Below are positions 19,871 through 30,521 of a DNA stretch of 64,000 nt, in pieces. The stretch is from positions 288,001 to 352,000 of the forward strand of contig OZ243956.1 of NCBI GenBank assembly GCA_965214405.1. The letters run 5' to 3'. Under the pieces are notes generated by a model. It saw nothing but the letters and a program-made list of their open reading frames with translations. It was not told the origin of the DNA and did not search any database. How positions within the stretch are numbered: the first letter of the stretch is position 1; every line of letters starts with the position of its first letter. This stretch comes from Trueperaceae bacterium. GTDB lineage: Bacteria; Deinococcota; Deinococci; Deinococcales; Trueperaceae. A program made the translations under genes and the position numbers.

Positions 19871-20461
19871 ATGTCTCGAGCTACCCCTCAACCCACCTTA
19901 GAACCCACCCAAAACGCACCCGCCGTGACCGTCCGCCCGGCTAGAGCCGAAGACGTCCCCGAGATTTTTGAGCTCATCGGTTACTGGGCGGGTCAGGGCA
20001 AGATGTTGGTAAGGCCCATGCAAAACATTTTTGAGAACCTACGCGACTTTTTTGTGGCCGAAGTGGATGCGGGCGAGGGTCCGGTGTTCGCGGGTTCCGG
20101 TGCGCTGCATATCCTCTGGGGCGACATCGCGGAGGTGCGGGGGCTGGCGGTCAAAGAGGGCGTTCAGGCGAGCGGCGTGGGGCGCGCGCTCGTCGCGGCG
20201 TGCGAGGGGGAAGCGCGCCGCCTAGGGATTCCTACGCTTTTTGCCTGGACCTACTCGGTGGGGTTTTTTGAGAAGTGTGGCTTTACGCTCCTTGACAAGA
20301 ATAAAGACTTGCACCCTCGAGTCTGGTCCGAATGCCTGCGCTGTCCCTTTTTTGTGGGCTGCAACGAGAACGGGATGGTGAAGCGGCTCGAGGGTGTCCC
20401 CTTCCCCGCCAACTTGCCCGCACCCCCACCCGCGCAGACGCCGCCGGGCATCGGCAGGTAA
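19871..20461 (+). CDS. Short GNAT N-acetylglutamate synthase-like acetyltransferase (ArgA-type)
   Basis: ENLRDFFVAE, GALHILWGDIAEVRGLAV, FFEKCGF, VWSECLRCPFFVGCNE; located in the arg operon. Confidence 0.8.
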   Translation: MSRATPQPTLEPTQNAPAVTVRPARAEDVPEIFELIGYWAGQGKMLVRPMQNIFENLRDFFVAEVDAGEGPVFAGSGALHILWGDIAEVRGLAVKEGVQASGVGRALVAACEGEARRLGIPTLFAWTYSVGFFEKCGFTLLDKNKDLHPRVWSECLRCPFFVGCNENGMVKRLEGVPFPANLPAPPPAQTPPGIGR

Positions 20462-20479
20462 AGACAGGAGCGGGTTAGG

Positions 20480-20986
20480 ATGGGCGTCATGCCGGTATCT
20501 GAACACGCACGCAAAGACGAGAAGAGTCACGAAGAGAATAAAAAAAAGCACGTTCGCGTCTTTACCGACGGCTCGTGTGACACGGGCTCGGGTGAGGGGG
20601 GCTGGGGCTACCTCTTGATGTGCAACGGGGCGCGGCGCACGGCCTCAGGCTACGAGGGCGGCACGACGAACAACCGCATGGAACTCACCGCGGCGGTGCG
20701 GGCGCTGTCAGCGCTCAAAGAGCCCTGCGTGGTGACGTTGGTGACCGACTCGCAGTATCTCAAAAAGGCCTTTACCGCGGGTTGGCTTAGCAACTGGCAG
20801 CGCAACGGCTGGCGCACTGCGAATAAACAGCCGGTCAAAAATAAGGACTTGTGGCTCGAGCTGCTCGCCCTCGCCAAGGTGCATGAGCTTCAGTGGGAAT
20901 GGACCAAGGGCCACGCGGGACACGCGGAGAACGAGCTGGTGGACACGCTGGCGCTGCGGGCCAGAAAAACGCGCGGCAGGGGCTAA
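20480..20986 (+). CDS. rnhA: Ribonuclease HI
   Basis: FTDGSC, TTNNRMEL, TDSQY, PVKNKDLW, WTKGHAGHAENE. Confidence 0.96.
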   Translation: MGVMPVSEHARKDEKSHEENKKKHVRVFTDGSCDTGSGEGGWGYLLMCNGARRTASGYEGGTTNNRMELTAAVRALSALKEPCVVTLVTDSQYLKKAFTAGWLSNWQRNGWRTANKQPVKNKDLWLELLALAKVHELQWEWTKGHAGHAENELVDTLALRARKTRGRG

Positions 20987-20989
20987 CGG

Positions 20990-22084
20990 CTAGACGCTGA
21001 GCCTGCTCAGGTTCGCCATGAGGATCGCAAAAGCGCGGTAGCCGACCTCCAAAGAGGCGGGCTCGAGCCATTCGCCTAAACGGTGCGCGTCGCCGCCGCG
21101 GTAGACGCCGAAAGAAATAGCGGGCAAGCCCGCAGCCATCGCCGCGTTCGCGTCGGTCGAGCTCGCGGTGCGGTGGGCGTTCACGCCTACCTCGGAGAGG
21201 GCGCTTTGGGCGGCGCGCACCAGGGGCTCGTTGGGGATTCGCGCGGCGGGTCTCGAGCCCACCAATTCGGTTTCGACGCCCACGTTCGCGCGTTTGGCGG
21301 CGCGGCGGATGCGGGCGAGGGCGTCCTCCTCGAGTTTTTTTAGCGTGTCCCCCTCCAAGCTGCGCAAGTCTAGGTTAAAGCCCGCGCTCTGCGCGATGGC
21401 GTTGATGCTCGTGCCGCCCCAAACCTGACCCACGTTGTAAGAACTCCGCGGCTCGGCGGGAACGCTCACGCCGCTAAGCGCGTGAACGGCCTCCCCGAGA
21501 ACGTGAACCGCGCTCGGCGCGCCGTAGTCGCCCCAGGAGTGACCGCCTTTGGCGTTAAAAAGAACCCGCCAGCGCCTCGAGCCCACGCCCGCGTCTACGA
21601 CGGTGCCCAAGTGACCGTCGAGCGCCACAAACAGGTCGAAATCCGAGGCGCGCTCCATAAGCTTACGCATCCCGTAGAGGTCGCCCAGCCCCTCCTCCCC
21701 GACCGTGGCGGCGACCGTGAGGCGGGGTCTCTGAAGCTGCGCGTCCGTTTGAATTTGGGACACGTAGTGCAGCAGCACCGCCAGGCTGGCGCTGTTGTCG
21801 CCGATGCCGGGGGCCAGGAGGCGGTCGCCCTCCGCCCGAACCGTCACGTCGGTGTCGGCAGGAAACACGGTGTCAAGATGCGCCGCGACAAGCACGCGCG
21901 GGCCGTTTCCGGGAAGCGTGGCGACGACGTTGCCGACGTCGTCGGTGTGGGGCTCGAGCCCCATCTCTCCAAACGTCCCGGCCACGAGCCGCCCGCGCGC
22001 CGCCTCCTCAAAGGTGGGGGCGGGCGTCTCGCATACTTTTTTGAGCAAATCCACAATAGACGCTTGAAGGGTTTCGGCAGACAC
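20990..22084 (-). CDS. M20/M25/M40-family metallopeptidase
   Basis: AHLDTVF, GIGDN, GEEGLGDL, GGHSW, STDAN; GTG after GGAGG. Confidence 0.88.
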   Translation of the reverse strand: MSAETLQASIVDLLKKVCETPAPTFEEAARGRLVAGTFGEMGLEPHTDDVGNVVATLPGNGPRVLVAAHLDTVFPADTDVTVRAEGDRLLAPGIGDNSASLAVLLHYVSQIQTDAQLQRPRLTVAATVGEEGLGDLYGMRKLMERASDFDLFVALDGHLGTVVDAGVGSRRWRVLFNAKGGHSWGDYGAPSAVHVLGEAVHALSGVSVPAEPRSSYNVGQVWGGTSINAIAQSAGFNLDLRSLEGDTLKKLEEDALARIRRAAKRANVGVETELVGSRPAARIPNEPLVRAAQSALSEVGVNAHRTASSTDANAAMAAGLPAISFGVYRGGDAHRLGEWLEPASLEVGYRAFAILMANLSRLSV

Positions 22085-22085
22085 G

Positions 22086-22355
22086 TTAGTCCTCCAACGC
22101 GGCCCGAAATCCAGCGAGCGCGGCAAACGGGTGCGCGTGGTCTTCGCCGGGTTTCGGGCGGAGCCAGCGGCAAAAGGAGGGGCCGTCCTCGGGCTCTAGG
22201 CGGTGCGGGCACGCTGGGCATTCGGGAAAAGAAAGCGCGGTGTAAGCGAGTTCGGTAAGATCGTCCGGCCCCGTTTGCGAACGGCCACAGCCCGCCACAA
22301 AGCGCGCGTTCTGCACGGAAGGCACGCTTATCTTACCCCTTTTAACCCCCTTCAC
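22086..22355 (-). CDS. Small hypothetical Cys-containing protein
   Basis: Translationally coupled between the response regulator and the peptidase; CPACPH motif. Confidence 0.6.
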   Translation of the reverse strand: MKGVKRGKISVPSVQNARFVAGCGRSQTGPDDLTELAYTALSFPECPACPHRLEPEDGPSFCRWLRPKPGEDHAHPFAALAGFRAALED

Positions 22356-23014
22356 CGCTCCTCCCCCAGCGTGGCGATGCCCTCACGCAAGGCGTAGAGC
22401 GCGGCCTGGGTGCGGTTATTGAGGCGCAGCTTAGAGAAAATTTCCGAGAGCCGATTACGCACCGTTTTCTCGCTCACGTTTAAGTCGGTGGCGATTTCTT
22501 GATTTGACGCGCCCTGCGCCAAGAGGCGCAAAATCGCCGCCTCCCGCTCCGTGAGTTCGGAAATGGGGTGCTCGGGATGCTCGGGCACCTCTTTGACTTT
22601 GCTGAATTCGTCGAGGATTGACGCGGCCATTTCCGCGTTTAGAAGCGTTTCGCCCTCCGCCACGCGGCGAATCGCGCCAATTAGATCGTTCGCGTCGGCG
22701 TCTTTGAGCATGTAGCCCCGCGCGCCCGCCTTGATGGCCTCGAACACGTAGCGGTCTTGGCGGTACATGGTGAGGATGATGACCCTGGCGGCGGGGTACT
22801 CCTCCAAAATCGTCTTCGTCGCCGCGACCCCGTCGAGCTCGGGCATCTGGATGTCCATAAGAATTACGTCGGGCCGTGTCTGGAGCGCGTAACGCACCGC
22901 CTCGCGCCCGGTCGCCGCCTCGCCGATGACCCGGAAGCCCTCTTCGGTCTCCAAAATGCTGCGGAGCCCCTGGCGGAACATCGCGTGGTCGTCGCAGAGT
23001 AAAAGGCGCGGCAT
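22352..23014 (-). CDS. NarL/FixJ-family response regulator
   Basis: [20 protein letters not shown], LuxR-type HTH. Confidence 0.94.
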   Translation of the reverse strand: MPRLLLCDDHAMFRQGLRSILETEEGFRVIGEAATGREAVRYALQTRPDVILMDIQMPELDGVAATKTILEEYPAARVIILTMYRQDRYVFEAIKAGARGYMLKDADANDLIGAIRRVAEGETLLNAEMAASILDEFSKVKEVPEHPEHPISELTEREAAILRLLAQGASNQEIATDLNVSEKTVRNRLSEIFSKLRLNNRTQAALYALREGIATLGEER

Positions 23015-23272
23015 AGAGCCATGCTACCGTTTTTGCACGCGTTCCGCATGATAGCGTAAACACCGTGGAGGCTCGAGCGTCGCAAGAGGGACACCAAAGG
23101 AAACAGAGGACGACTCGGCTTACACACCCGTTTAGCAGGCGGTGGAGAGAGTAGAAAGTGCGGAGGAGAAAAGAAAGGGGCTTACGACTTTACTTTTCAC
23201 TCACCACTCGTTACTTTCTCCTCCACGCCGCCATCCGCGTATGGTTGGCTAGAGCACCACAAAAGGAGACTT

Positions 23273-23770
23273 ATGGTACAGCCCAAAGGCGCGCTCATCG
23301 AGCGCTGCAAACGCCTCGGTTTGCCCAAACCGAAGTTTGAAACGCAACGCACCGGCCCCGAGCACGAGCCCACCTTTGTAAGCGACGTTTTAGTTGGCGG
23401 CGAGGTCTACGGCAGCGGTCAGGGCGGCAACAAACGCGACGCCGAACGCCGCGCGTCGGAAGAAGCGTTGACGAGGCTCGAGGACACGCCCCAAAACGCC
23501 CCCGAACCCTCCCGCGGGACGATGCTCAGCGCGACGCCGTCCGACAACGGTTTCGAGGGACCCTGGCCCGTCTTTGCCGAGGTCTTGGCGGCAAGCTTCG
23601 CGGTCGCCAACAGCCGTGTGGACGCCTCCCGGACCGGCGCGGACGCGGTTGCGGAGGTGCGGCGCTTGGCGCTCGAGCTTTACAAGGGCAGCTTGGAGAA
23701 TCTTGGGGAAATCGTCGAGCTTGACGAGGAGGATTACGAGGAGGATTACGAGGACGAGCCGGAGGCTTAG
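23273..23770 (+). CDS. Stand-alone dsRNA-binding-motif protein with acidic tail
   Basis: PKGALIE...PKFETQRTGPEHEPTFVSDV...GQGGNKRDAERRASEEAL; RBS AAGGAG. Confidence 0.82.
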   Translation: MVQPKGALIERCKRLGLPKPKFETQRTGPEHEPTFVSDVLVGGEVYGSGQGGNKRDAERRASEEALTRLEDTPQNAPEPSRGTMLSATPSDNGFEGPWPVFAEVLAASFAVANSRVDASRTGADAVAEVRRLALELYKGSLENLGEIVELDEEDYEEDYEDEPEA

Positions 23771-23873
23771 CCCGGCGTAAAGCGTTTTGACGGTTTGGGG
23801 ACGGTGCAGAGGAAGGCTGAGTGAGGCTCGAGCCGCGCGTAGGTTCAGCCTCCCACCGCCCCCAACCCGGCCT

Positions 23874-24182
23874 CTACTCAGCGTCCTTTTGACGGTCCCT
23901 GGCCCACCGTTCGATGCGCGCAAGGTCTTCGGTAGCTTTTTCCTTAATCATCATGTCGCGCAGTTTGGGGCTCGGTGACGCCTCGCCCGTACCGACCTTT
24001 TCGATAATTTCTATCACCTTGGCGCCAAAGGCGCGTAGCGGCACCTCGACCTCCAAGCCTTTGGTATTTTCTGGCGTCGGCTCATGAAGCTCGAACAGGT
24101 CCTTTTGGAGCGCGTTGTCGCACCTTTCGTTCACGCTCACGACGACGTCGCCGTGGTCGGTCATGACAAGATATTTGGTCAT
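23874..24182 (-). CDS. Hypothetical protein (102 aa)
   Basis: RBS GAGGGGGAG before ATG 24182; coding-like codon usage. Confidence 0.7.
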   Translation of the reverse strand: MTKYLVMTDHGDVVVSVNERCDNALQKDLFELHEPTPENTKGLEVEVPLRAFGAKVIEIIEKVGTGEASPSPKLRDMMIKEKATEDLARIERWARDRQKDAE

Positions 24183-24568
24183 CAGCTCCCCCTCTGGGTG
24201 GTAAAAATGCAGGATTCCTGTAACGGTGTGACGGATGGTGATCTCATCTACCAAATTAGAACGGGTCGAAGTGGCCGTCCAAAAAGGGTAACATGATGAG
24301 CGCGACGCCGCACGCGCTGTTCTGGCTTTGCGGTTCCCAGGTTTATAAAGTAGCGGCGTGTTGGCTCGAGCCGTCTCTTCACCTACCATTTAGCTCGTAG
24401 CCGTACCAGCAGGTCATCATAAAGGATAATCCTCATGCCGATAAACCCGTTTGCGAGAAGTTTTCCGACAACCCCTATGATCAGGCCCCACCGTAACCGC
24501 CTCTGGAGGCGGTGGGGACGTGCGCGGGCAGACACTTTGGCCGGGCCAACTTGTGCGAGACTGAACCG

Positions 24569-26395
24569 ATGATCGAACTCGGACCCTCCGTACCCATCGC
24601 CCTCATTATCTCGCTGGGCATCGCCGCGCAGTGGCTCGCGTGGCGCGTCTCCCTGCCCGCCATCTTGCCCCTGCTGGTGATAGGCTTTTTTGTAGGACCC
24701 ATCCTCGGCATCGTCAAGCCCAACGAGCTCTTTAGCGAGGAGCTTCTTTTTCCCCTTATCTCGCTCGCGGTCGGGCTCATCCTCTTTGAGGGCGGTCTCA
24801 CGCTCCGCATCCCGGAGGTGAGAGAAACGAGCCGGGTGGTCTTTAAGCTCGTTACATTGGGCGCGCTCATCACCTGGCTGGGGGCCACCGCGGCGGCTTA
24901 TTGGCTTGTTGGTTTAACGATGCCCCTGTCGTTTCTTTTCGGCGCGCTCGTGATCGTGACCGGCCCGACCGTGATTGGTCCTTTGCTGCGGATTGTGCGG
25001 CCCGCGACGAGAATCGGCAACGTGCTCAAGTGGGAAGGCATTTTGGTCGACGTGGTGGGCGCGATGGTCGCGGTGCTGGTGTTCGAGTTTTTGCTCATCA
25101 GGGACCGCTCCGACGCGCTGGGCCAGACCATGCTCTTTTTCTTGCGGTTTATCGGGGTGGGCACGCTCGTCGGGCTGGCGGGCGGCTATCTGCTCGCCAC
25201 GCTCCTGCGCCGCCGCACCATCCCCGACTATCTGGTCAACGTGGTCGCGCTCGCTTTCGTGTTTGCGATGTTCGCGCTTTCCAACACCTTCGCGCCCGAG
25301 TCGGGGCTGTTGGCCACCGTGCTGATGGGCATCATCATCGCCAACCGGGGTGTACCCAACATCACCACCTTTTTGAGCTTTAAGGAAGACCTCACGCTGC
25401 TGTTTATTTCGCTGCTCTTCATCATCTTGGCGGCCAACGTCCAGCTCGAGGCCTTTAGAAGCGTGCTCAATTTTAGAAGCGTCCTGCTCATCGCCGCGCT
25501 CATGCTCGTCATCCGGCCTCTCGCCATCTTTGCGAGTTCGGTGGGCTCGGCCCTAACGACGCGTGAAAAACTCTACTTGTCCTGGATCGCCCCGCGCGGC
25601 ATCGTGGCGGCGGCGGTGAGTTCGCTTTTCGCGTCCGAGCTCGCGCACGAAGGCTTCGCGGGCGCCGAGGTGCTCGTGTCACTCGTGTTCTTGGTTATCG
25701 TGAGTACGGTCACGCTCAACAGCCTCACCGCCAAACCCTTCGCGCGCCTTCTCAAGGTCGCCGAGCCCGAGGCGCAAGGCTTTCTCATCCTCGGTGCGCA
25801 CACCTTCGCGCGGCGCATCGGGACTTTTTTACAAAACGAAGGCCTGACCGTGACGCTCGCCGACACAAACTGGTCAAACGTCTCGGCGAGCCGGATGGAG
25901 GGGCTCAACGCCTACTACGGCTCACTACTCTCGGACCACTCGGACGACGAGGTGCGGCTCGCGGGCATCGGCAAGTTTCTGGCGCTCACCTCGAACGACG
26001 AGGCCAACGCTCTCTCGGCGCTCAAGTACGCGCGCGAGTTCGACTCGGACAACGTCTACCAGCTCGCGCCGGGGCGCGGGGGCAGCGTCCGGGGCCGCCT
26101 GGGCGACGAGCAGCGCGGTCGCACGCTCTTTAAGAAGCCCGTGACCTACGCCGAGCTGAGCAACCTTTTCAACCGGGGCGGCGAACTCAAAAAAACACCC
26201 ATCACCGACGCGTTTCGCATGGATGATTTTGAGGAGCTTTACGGCCAGGACTACCTGCCCATGTTCGTCCTCAGCGGCAAAACGGTGCGGGTCATGGTGG
26301 AAGGAAGCCCGCCCCCCGAGGCCGGGCAGACGCTCGTGTCGCTGGTGCTCGAGCCCAAGCCCGTACCCCAACGAGCCGAACGCGCCAACGCCTAA
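24569..26395 (+). CDS. NhaP-type cation:proton antiporter with C-terminal Rossmann/RCK-like domain
   Basis: ILFEGGL, VTGPTVI, LKWEGIL.D, APRGIVAAAVS; many TM segments. Confidence 0.9.
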   Translation: MIELGPSVPIALIISLGIAAQWLAWRVSLPAILPLLVIGFFVGPILGIVKPNELFSEELLFPLISLAVGLILFEGGLTLRIPEVRETSRVVFKLVTLGALITWLGATAAAYWLVGLTMPLSFLFGALVIVTGPTVIGPLLRIVRPATRIGNVLKWEGILVDVVGAMVAVLVFEFLLIRDRSDALGQTMLFFLRFIGVGTLVGLAGGYLLATLLRRRTIPDYLVNVVALAFVFAMFALSNTFAPESGLLATVLMGIIIANRGVPNITTFLSFKEDLTLLFISLLFIILAANVQLEAFRSVLNFRSVLLIAALMLVIRPLAIFASSVGSALTTREKLYLSWIAPRGIVAAAVSSLFASELAHEGFAGAEVLVSLVFLVIVSTVTLNSLTAKPFARLLKVAEPEAQGFLILGAHTFARRIGTFLQNEGLTVTLADTNWSNVSASRMEGLNAYYGSLLSDHSDDEVRLAGIGKFLALTSNDEANALSALKYAREFDSDNVYQLAPGRGGSVRGRLGDEQRGRTLFKKPVTYAELSNLFNRGGELKKTPITDAFRMDDFEELYGQDYLPMFVLSGKTVRVMVEGSPPPEAGQTLVSLVLEPKPVPQRAERANA

Positions 26396-27265
26396 CGCTT
26401 GCGTCCCTATACTGCACCGAACAAATCCTTGGTAAGCGTCCACGGCTAAACCGTCACCATCACGCGCTGCGCTAGCCACGAGTTGCTTGACCCTATCGAG
26501 GCTCCCCGTAAGCCAAGCGAGCTCCGCCTCGAGGGTGGCAAATCCGCGTACGGGCTTACTGGGTCGGAAGTACGGAGAGTTAGGACCCGCCTGCGCCTCG
26601 CGGGCGCGGGGCACAAAATTGTCATCAAATCCCGTTAGGTAGTCGTGAACGTTCACAACGTCTTTCGGCTCGAGCAGGAGGATGGAGTTGTTCGACTCTG
26701 TGCCAGCCACCTCGCGCCCTGCGAAAAGAAAGCCTGGGGGCATGGCAGGATAGTGGGGGTCGGTCCTGAAAAGCTCGTCAAGAAAATAACCGGCGGCTCC
26801 ACTGACGTCCGCTTGCACGACGTCCTGTTAAACAACCTTTACGCAGGATTCGGAACAACCGCGTCTGTAAACTCTCCGAAGCTCCAACCGTCAAGGTTGG
26901 GCGGCGTCACGCCCAAAATCCTCAACATTCTGCACAGTTGCCTGCGATGTTCCGTCGCGTGGTTGACGGTCTGAACCACCACCACCCAGGGTTCTACAAG
27001 GTAGCCGTCCGATGTTTGGATGCGTGTACGGAAGTCTTGCCTGGCCTCGTCACCAATGAGGGCAAGCAGTCCTTCGCCACTTTCCTTGGCCGATTCCCGT
27101 AATTCGGTAAACGAGAGAGGGGCTTGGCGTCTCTCACGTGACCGTATCAGGAGCGATAGATAACCCCGTTGCGCCTCCACGAGGTGCGACAACGTGTGGC
27201 GAACGCTCCATTCTGAGGTAGGTAGAGGCGTGGCGTCGAGCTGGTCGTCTGTCAGGGCGGAGCAA

Positions 27266-28621
27266 GGGTGCATCCTGCTCTAAGGTGAAAGTTAGGAAGC
27301 CAAAGCGAAGGCTGAGAAACGAAGGTCATCAAAGTCCAGTAGCGGATGTTTAGCACAAGTTTGTGCCCTGAGTGAGGCCATGCCCTTAGCGCCAGAAGGT
27401 GACCAGTGCATACCACTTCTTTTCATGCGGTGACCAATAACAGCCTTGTTCATCCCTTCAACCTGACCTGAACCAATGGGGTAGCGTTTGTTTTTGAAGC
27501 TGGGATAGTCCATAGAATCTAAGCGCTGCTCTAAGTAGTTAAGAGCCGATAAGGCGTTGTCTTGCCAGGTCATCCACAGCTCGGGCTCAGGGAGATACTG
27601 TTCTAACCAGTCTCGCGCACTGATGTCGCCCCTGTACCAGTCCCGCCTGTGCCGGGTTCGCTCGGCTTCATCCCAGTGCAGGGCCTGCATGACGACATTG
27701 AGGTAAGTCGCAGCGTGAAAGACATCGGTAATGCGCGTAGCCGCCAGGTGAGTAAAGATGGTGTCAATCCATTTCGCACCGTCGCCTAGGCCGATAAGGG
27801 TATCTTGGGCTGTGACACCCGCCTCTACAAGCAAGCCTAAAAGCAGGGGCAAAAAGTCCTCGGCTGAACATCTGTCTGCTAACATCCACCTTTCGCCGGG
27901 ACCATTTTGAGAGTAAAGAACAGCGCTCTTTATTTCTAGCCCCGGACAACTCTTTGCTTCAGGACGACCCAGCACATAAACACCATCAACTTGTAGGACC
28001 ATCACACGCCCCGGCTTAGCGCTTGGCTGAACCGGACACTCACGCGTTTGCCTTAGCTTTTCACTCACTGCCTGTTCACAGTGAAGCGCGTAGAGACTGG
28101 TTAAAGTCGCAAGGCTTGAACCGCTAATGTCGAGTCCAAACAGCTTGGCGAGATGACTGCCTTCTTCATAAGGCAGACGGCTACTGAGTTCGAGCAAGCG
28201 TTCCAAGGCTTCAGGGCTCCAGCCCGATTCATCCAAGCAGCCATCATAGTAGACCTGTTGACGCTCTCCCGTTCGAGCTTTCAACCTCTGGACTTTGACA
28301 CGAACACTACCCCAGCACGTCTTGATATTGCCTGTACTCAGACCGTTACGCCAGTAGCCCTCAGGTGTCGCTTTGGCTTCGGGGGGAAAAAGCCTCGGCG
28401 TTCGCCAGGGCCTCGGCTGTTTTTCTCATCATCTCCGGCGAGAACTTTAGCATTGCCCTTTCTATATCTCTAAAGTTGGCGTCCGGCGCTAGCGTTGCCT
28501 TCAAATCGGCTAAGTAATGCTCGAATGCTTCTCTCGCCTTCTCTTCCCAGTCTGGCTTGTTCATGCGCCAGTCTACTTCCCTTTGCACCCTTTTTCTATC
28601 CCCTTATGCCAGGATGCACCC
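27266..28621 (-). mobile_element. Second, divergent ISKra4-like insertion sequence, 1356 bp
   Basis: IRs GGGTGCATCCTG(CTC/GCA)TAAGG; 9-bp target duplication GCGGAGCAA at 27257-27265 and 28622-28630. Confidence 0.92.
27292..28564 (-). CDS. Transposase in two overlapping frames
   Basis: QVDG, LGDGAKW, TDVFHA, YPIGSGQVEG..RMKRSGMHW; overlap at TTTTTCCCCCC near 28381-28391. Confidence 0.86.
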
Positions 28622-29012
28622 GCGGAGCAAGCCCCGATGATGTGGAGGTTCGCCCAGTTGTTGTGCTCGATCAGCTTTACGAGGATGGTTTCGGTCATGC
28701 CGAAAACTCCTTTCTCGCGCTTGGCAAGTTTTCCCATCTGCGTGGCTGTGGGTATAACACTTAGCATAACATCCGCAATAAGAACGGTTTAATGCTCTTT
28801 CCGCGGGACCTTCCCGTTCGTACCCAACCGCCCGGCAAAACCACCCTCACAGCAACTCGAGAGAGGCTCACACCGTTTCCAAAGACCTGAACTTACCCCA
28901 TTTCGACGGCTTCATCATCGGGTGCCGCTTCAGGGTCTCCTTTTCGACCGCAGCATTCCAAGCAAACGGGTAACGGACCGCTAAGAACGCACGACGTTTA
29001 AGGAGGCCCATC

Positions 29013-29753
29013 ATGTCCGGCTCACCTGCACCTTCGCAAGCGACCACTCCGAGCTTCGTCCAAAAGCACGCCACAAAACTTATCGCCCTCTCCTTCTGGC
29101 TCGTCATTCTAGGCGGCTACGGCTACTACACCGCGACGGGCGGGCTTTCGCCTTTGGAGAGCTTTAAGCGGACGCTCGACTTTATGGCGAACAGCCCCTT
29201 TGGTCCTCTCCTCTTCGTTGTGCTCTACACCCTGCGCCCGCTCATCCTCTTTTCAGCGGTGGTGCTGACGCTCGGCGCCGGGTTCCTTTTCGGGCCGGTC
29301 TGGGGCGTGGTGCTGACCGTGATAGGGGCCAACTTAGGGGCGAGCCTCGCTTACTTGATTGGGCGCACCCTCGGGCGGGGGGTGCTCGCGGCCACAACCA
29401 ACAACGACGCCAGTCCCGTCCGGCGCTACGCCGAACGCCTCCGCAACCACTCGTTTGAAACCGTGCTCACGATGCGCTTTATCTTCTTGCCTTATGACTT
29501 AGTCAACTACCTGGCAGGCTTTCTAAAAGTCCGCTACACCGCGTTTATCTTAGCGACCATCCTCGGCTCGCTCCCCGGCACGGTGGCCTTTGTCCTCTTT
29601 GGCGCGTCCACCGACGGCGACTTCTCGAGCGGTTTGCCGAGCTTCAACCCCGCGGTGCTCATCGCCTCGGTGGTTATCTTTACGGTGAGCCTCGGCTTGT
29701 CGCGCTTTTTTAAGCGTCGTGAGAAAATGCGTGAGGGCGAGAGGTCGGCGTGA
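29013..29753 (+). CDS. TVP38/TMEM64 (DedA/VTT) membrane protein
   Basis: LGAGFLFG, GASLAYLIGR, MRFIFLPYDLVNYLAG; RBS AAGGAGG. Confidence 0.9.
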   Translation: MSGSPAPSQATTPSFVQKHATKLIALSFWLVILGGYGYYTATGGLSPLESFKRTLDFMANSPFGPLLFVVLYTLRPLILFSAVVLTLGAGFLFGPVWGVVLTVIGANLGASLAYLIGRTLGRGVLAATTNNDASPVRRYAERLRNHSFETVLTMRFIFLPYDLVNYLAGFLKVRYTAFILATILGSLPGTVAFVLFGASTDGDFSSGLPSFNPAVLIASVVIFTVSLGLSRFFKRREKMREGERSA

Positions 29754-29880
29754 CGGCGGAGGCTCGAGCCCGTCCCGAAATAGGTGAACCGCGTCACACC
29801 ACAAGAAAAGAGGACGCCGCGGCGTCCTCTTCTTGTGTTGTTTCTTATGCTACGATTTTTGCGTGTGGCTCGGCTACCGG

Positions 29881-30268
29881 TTAAGGTTGGGTCATCTGCG
29901 CGTCGCCGTTGCCGTCGTACTCGATTTGGCAGCCGGGCGTGAGGATGCAAGAGGTCTCGGTGGCGATGTTTGCGTTCATCTGCTGCATCGTGCCCAGCGT
30001 GCTCTGCTGCTGCATCATCAGGGTCGCCATCGCCTGCTGCATCAGGTAGGCGATGTTAAGCTCGGTCATCTGGACGAAGGTTTGGTCAAGACTGTCTTGA
30101 TGAGCGGGGCTTCCTCGTCGGAGAGGTCGGCGAATAGGTAGTGTCGCCGTTATGCTCGTCGCGCTCGACCTGCCAGTCGGCCCAGGGCGCGTCCTGAGCG
30201 AGCCCGTGACCAAAGCCCGCCAGCAGGCAAAGCCCCACCAGGATCATGACCGTTGAACGTGTTTTCAT
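29881..30268 (-). pseudogene. Frameshifted gene for a secreted Gln/Met-rich protein
   Basis: RBS GGGGAGG + signal peptide MKTRST...GHGLA; that frame stops at 30086 while a coding-like C-terminus continues in another frame to 29881. Confidence 0.5.
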
Positions 30269-30468
30269 ACTGGCCTCCCCCTTTGACAACAACGCTATAA
30301 AGCGACCGATTGTAGCAGGTAACATCCTAGTTTGAATGAGTACAGCCTGAAAATAACTCACGCCCTTTGTCGGAGTATAGCTGCGCCGGTAGGCCCGGTA
30401 GCAACGGAGATTGCTATAAATTAAGTTCGGCTCCGCCATTATTTGCCCCTCATAACAAATCTTGGCGC

Positions 30469-30506
30469 AAAAAAAGGGTGCCGTAGCGTCTACGGCACCC
30501 TTTTTT
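30469..30506. terminator. Bidirectional intrinsic terminator downstream of the Crp gene
   Basis: A7-GGGTGCCGTAG-CGT-CTACGGCACCC-T6. Confidence 0.9.
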
Positions 30507-30521
30507 AATCCGACTTAACGT

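Larger units (their letters stand above)
26839..28698 (-). pseudogene. DinB-family gene interrupted by an IS
   Basis: 5' part MTETILVKLIEHNNWANLHIIGACSA (28698-28622) joins in frame with LTDDQLD...SVRHTLSHLV...NHATEHRRQL (27256-26839) to give 164 aa. Confidence 0.88.

Noticed and set aside
19310..20461. 383-aa PH-GNAT fusion as a genuine novel protein
   Set aside because: The linker reads as promoter DNA and a natural PH stop exists in the +1 frame, so a frameshift is more likely
28868..29000. Possible gene remnant upstream of the TVP38 gene
   Set aside because: Short, with no recognisable family and no start signal
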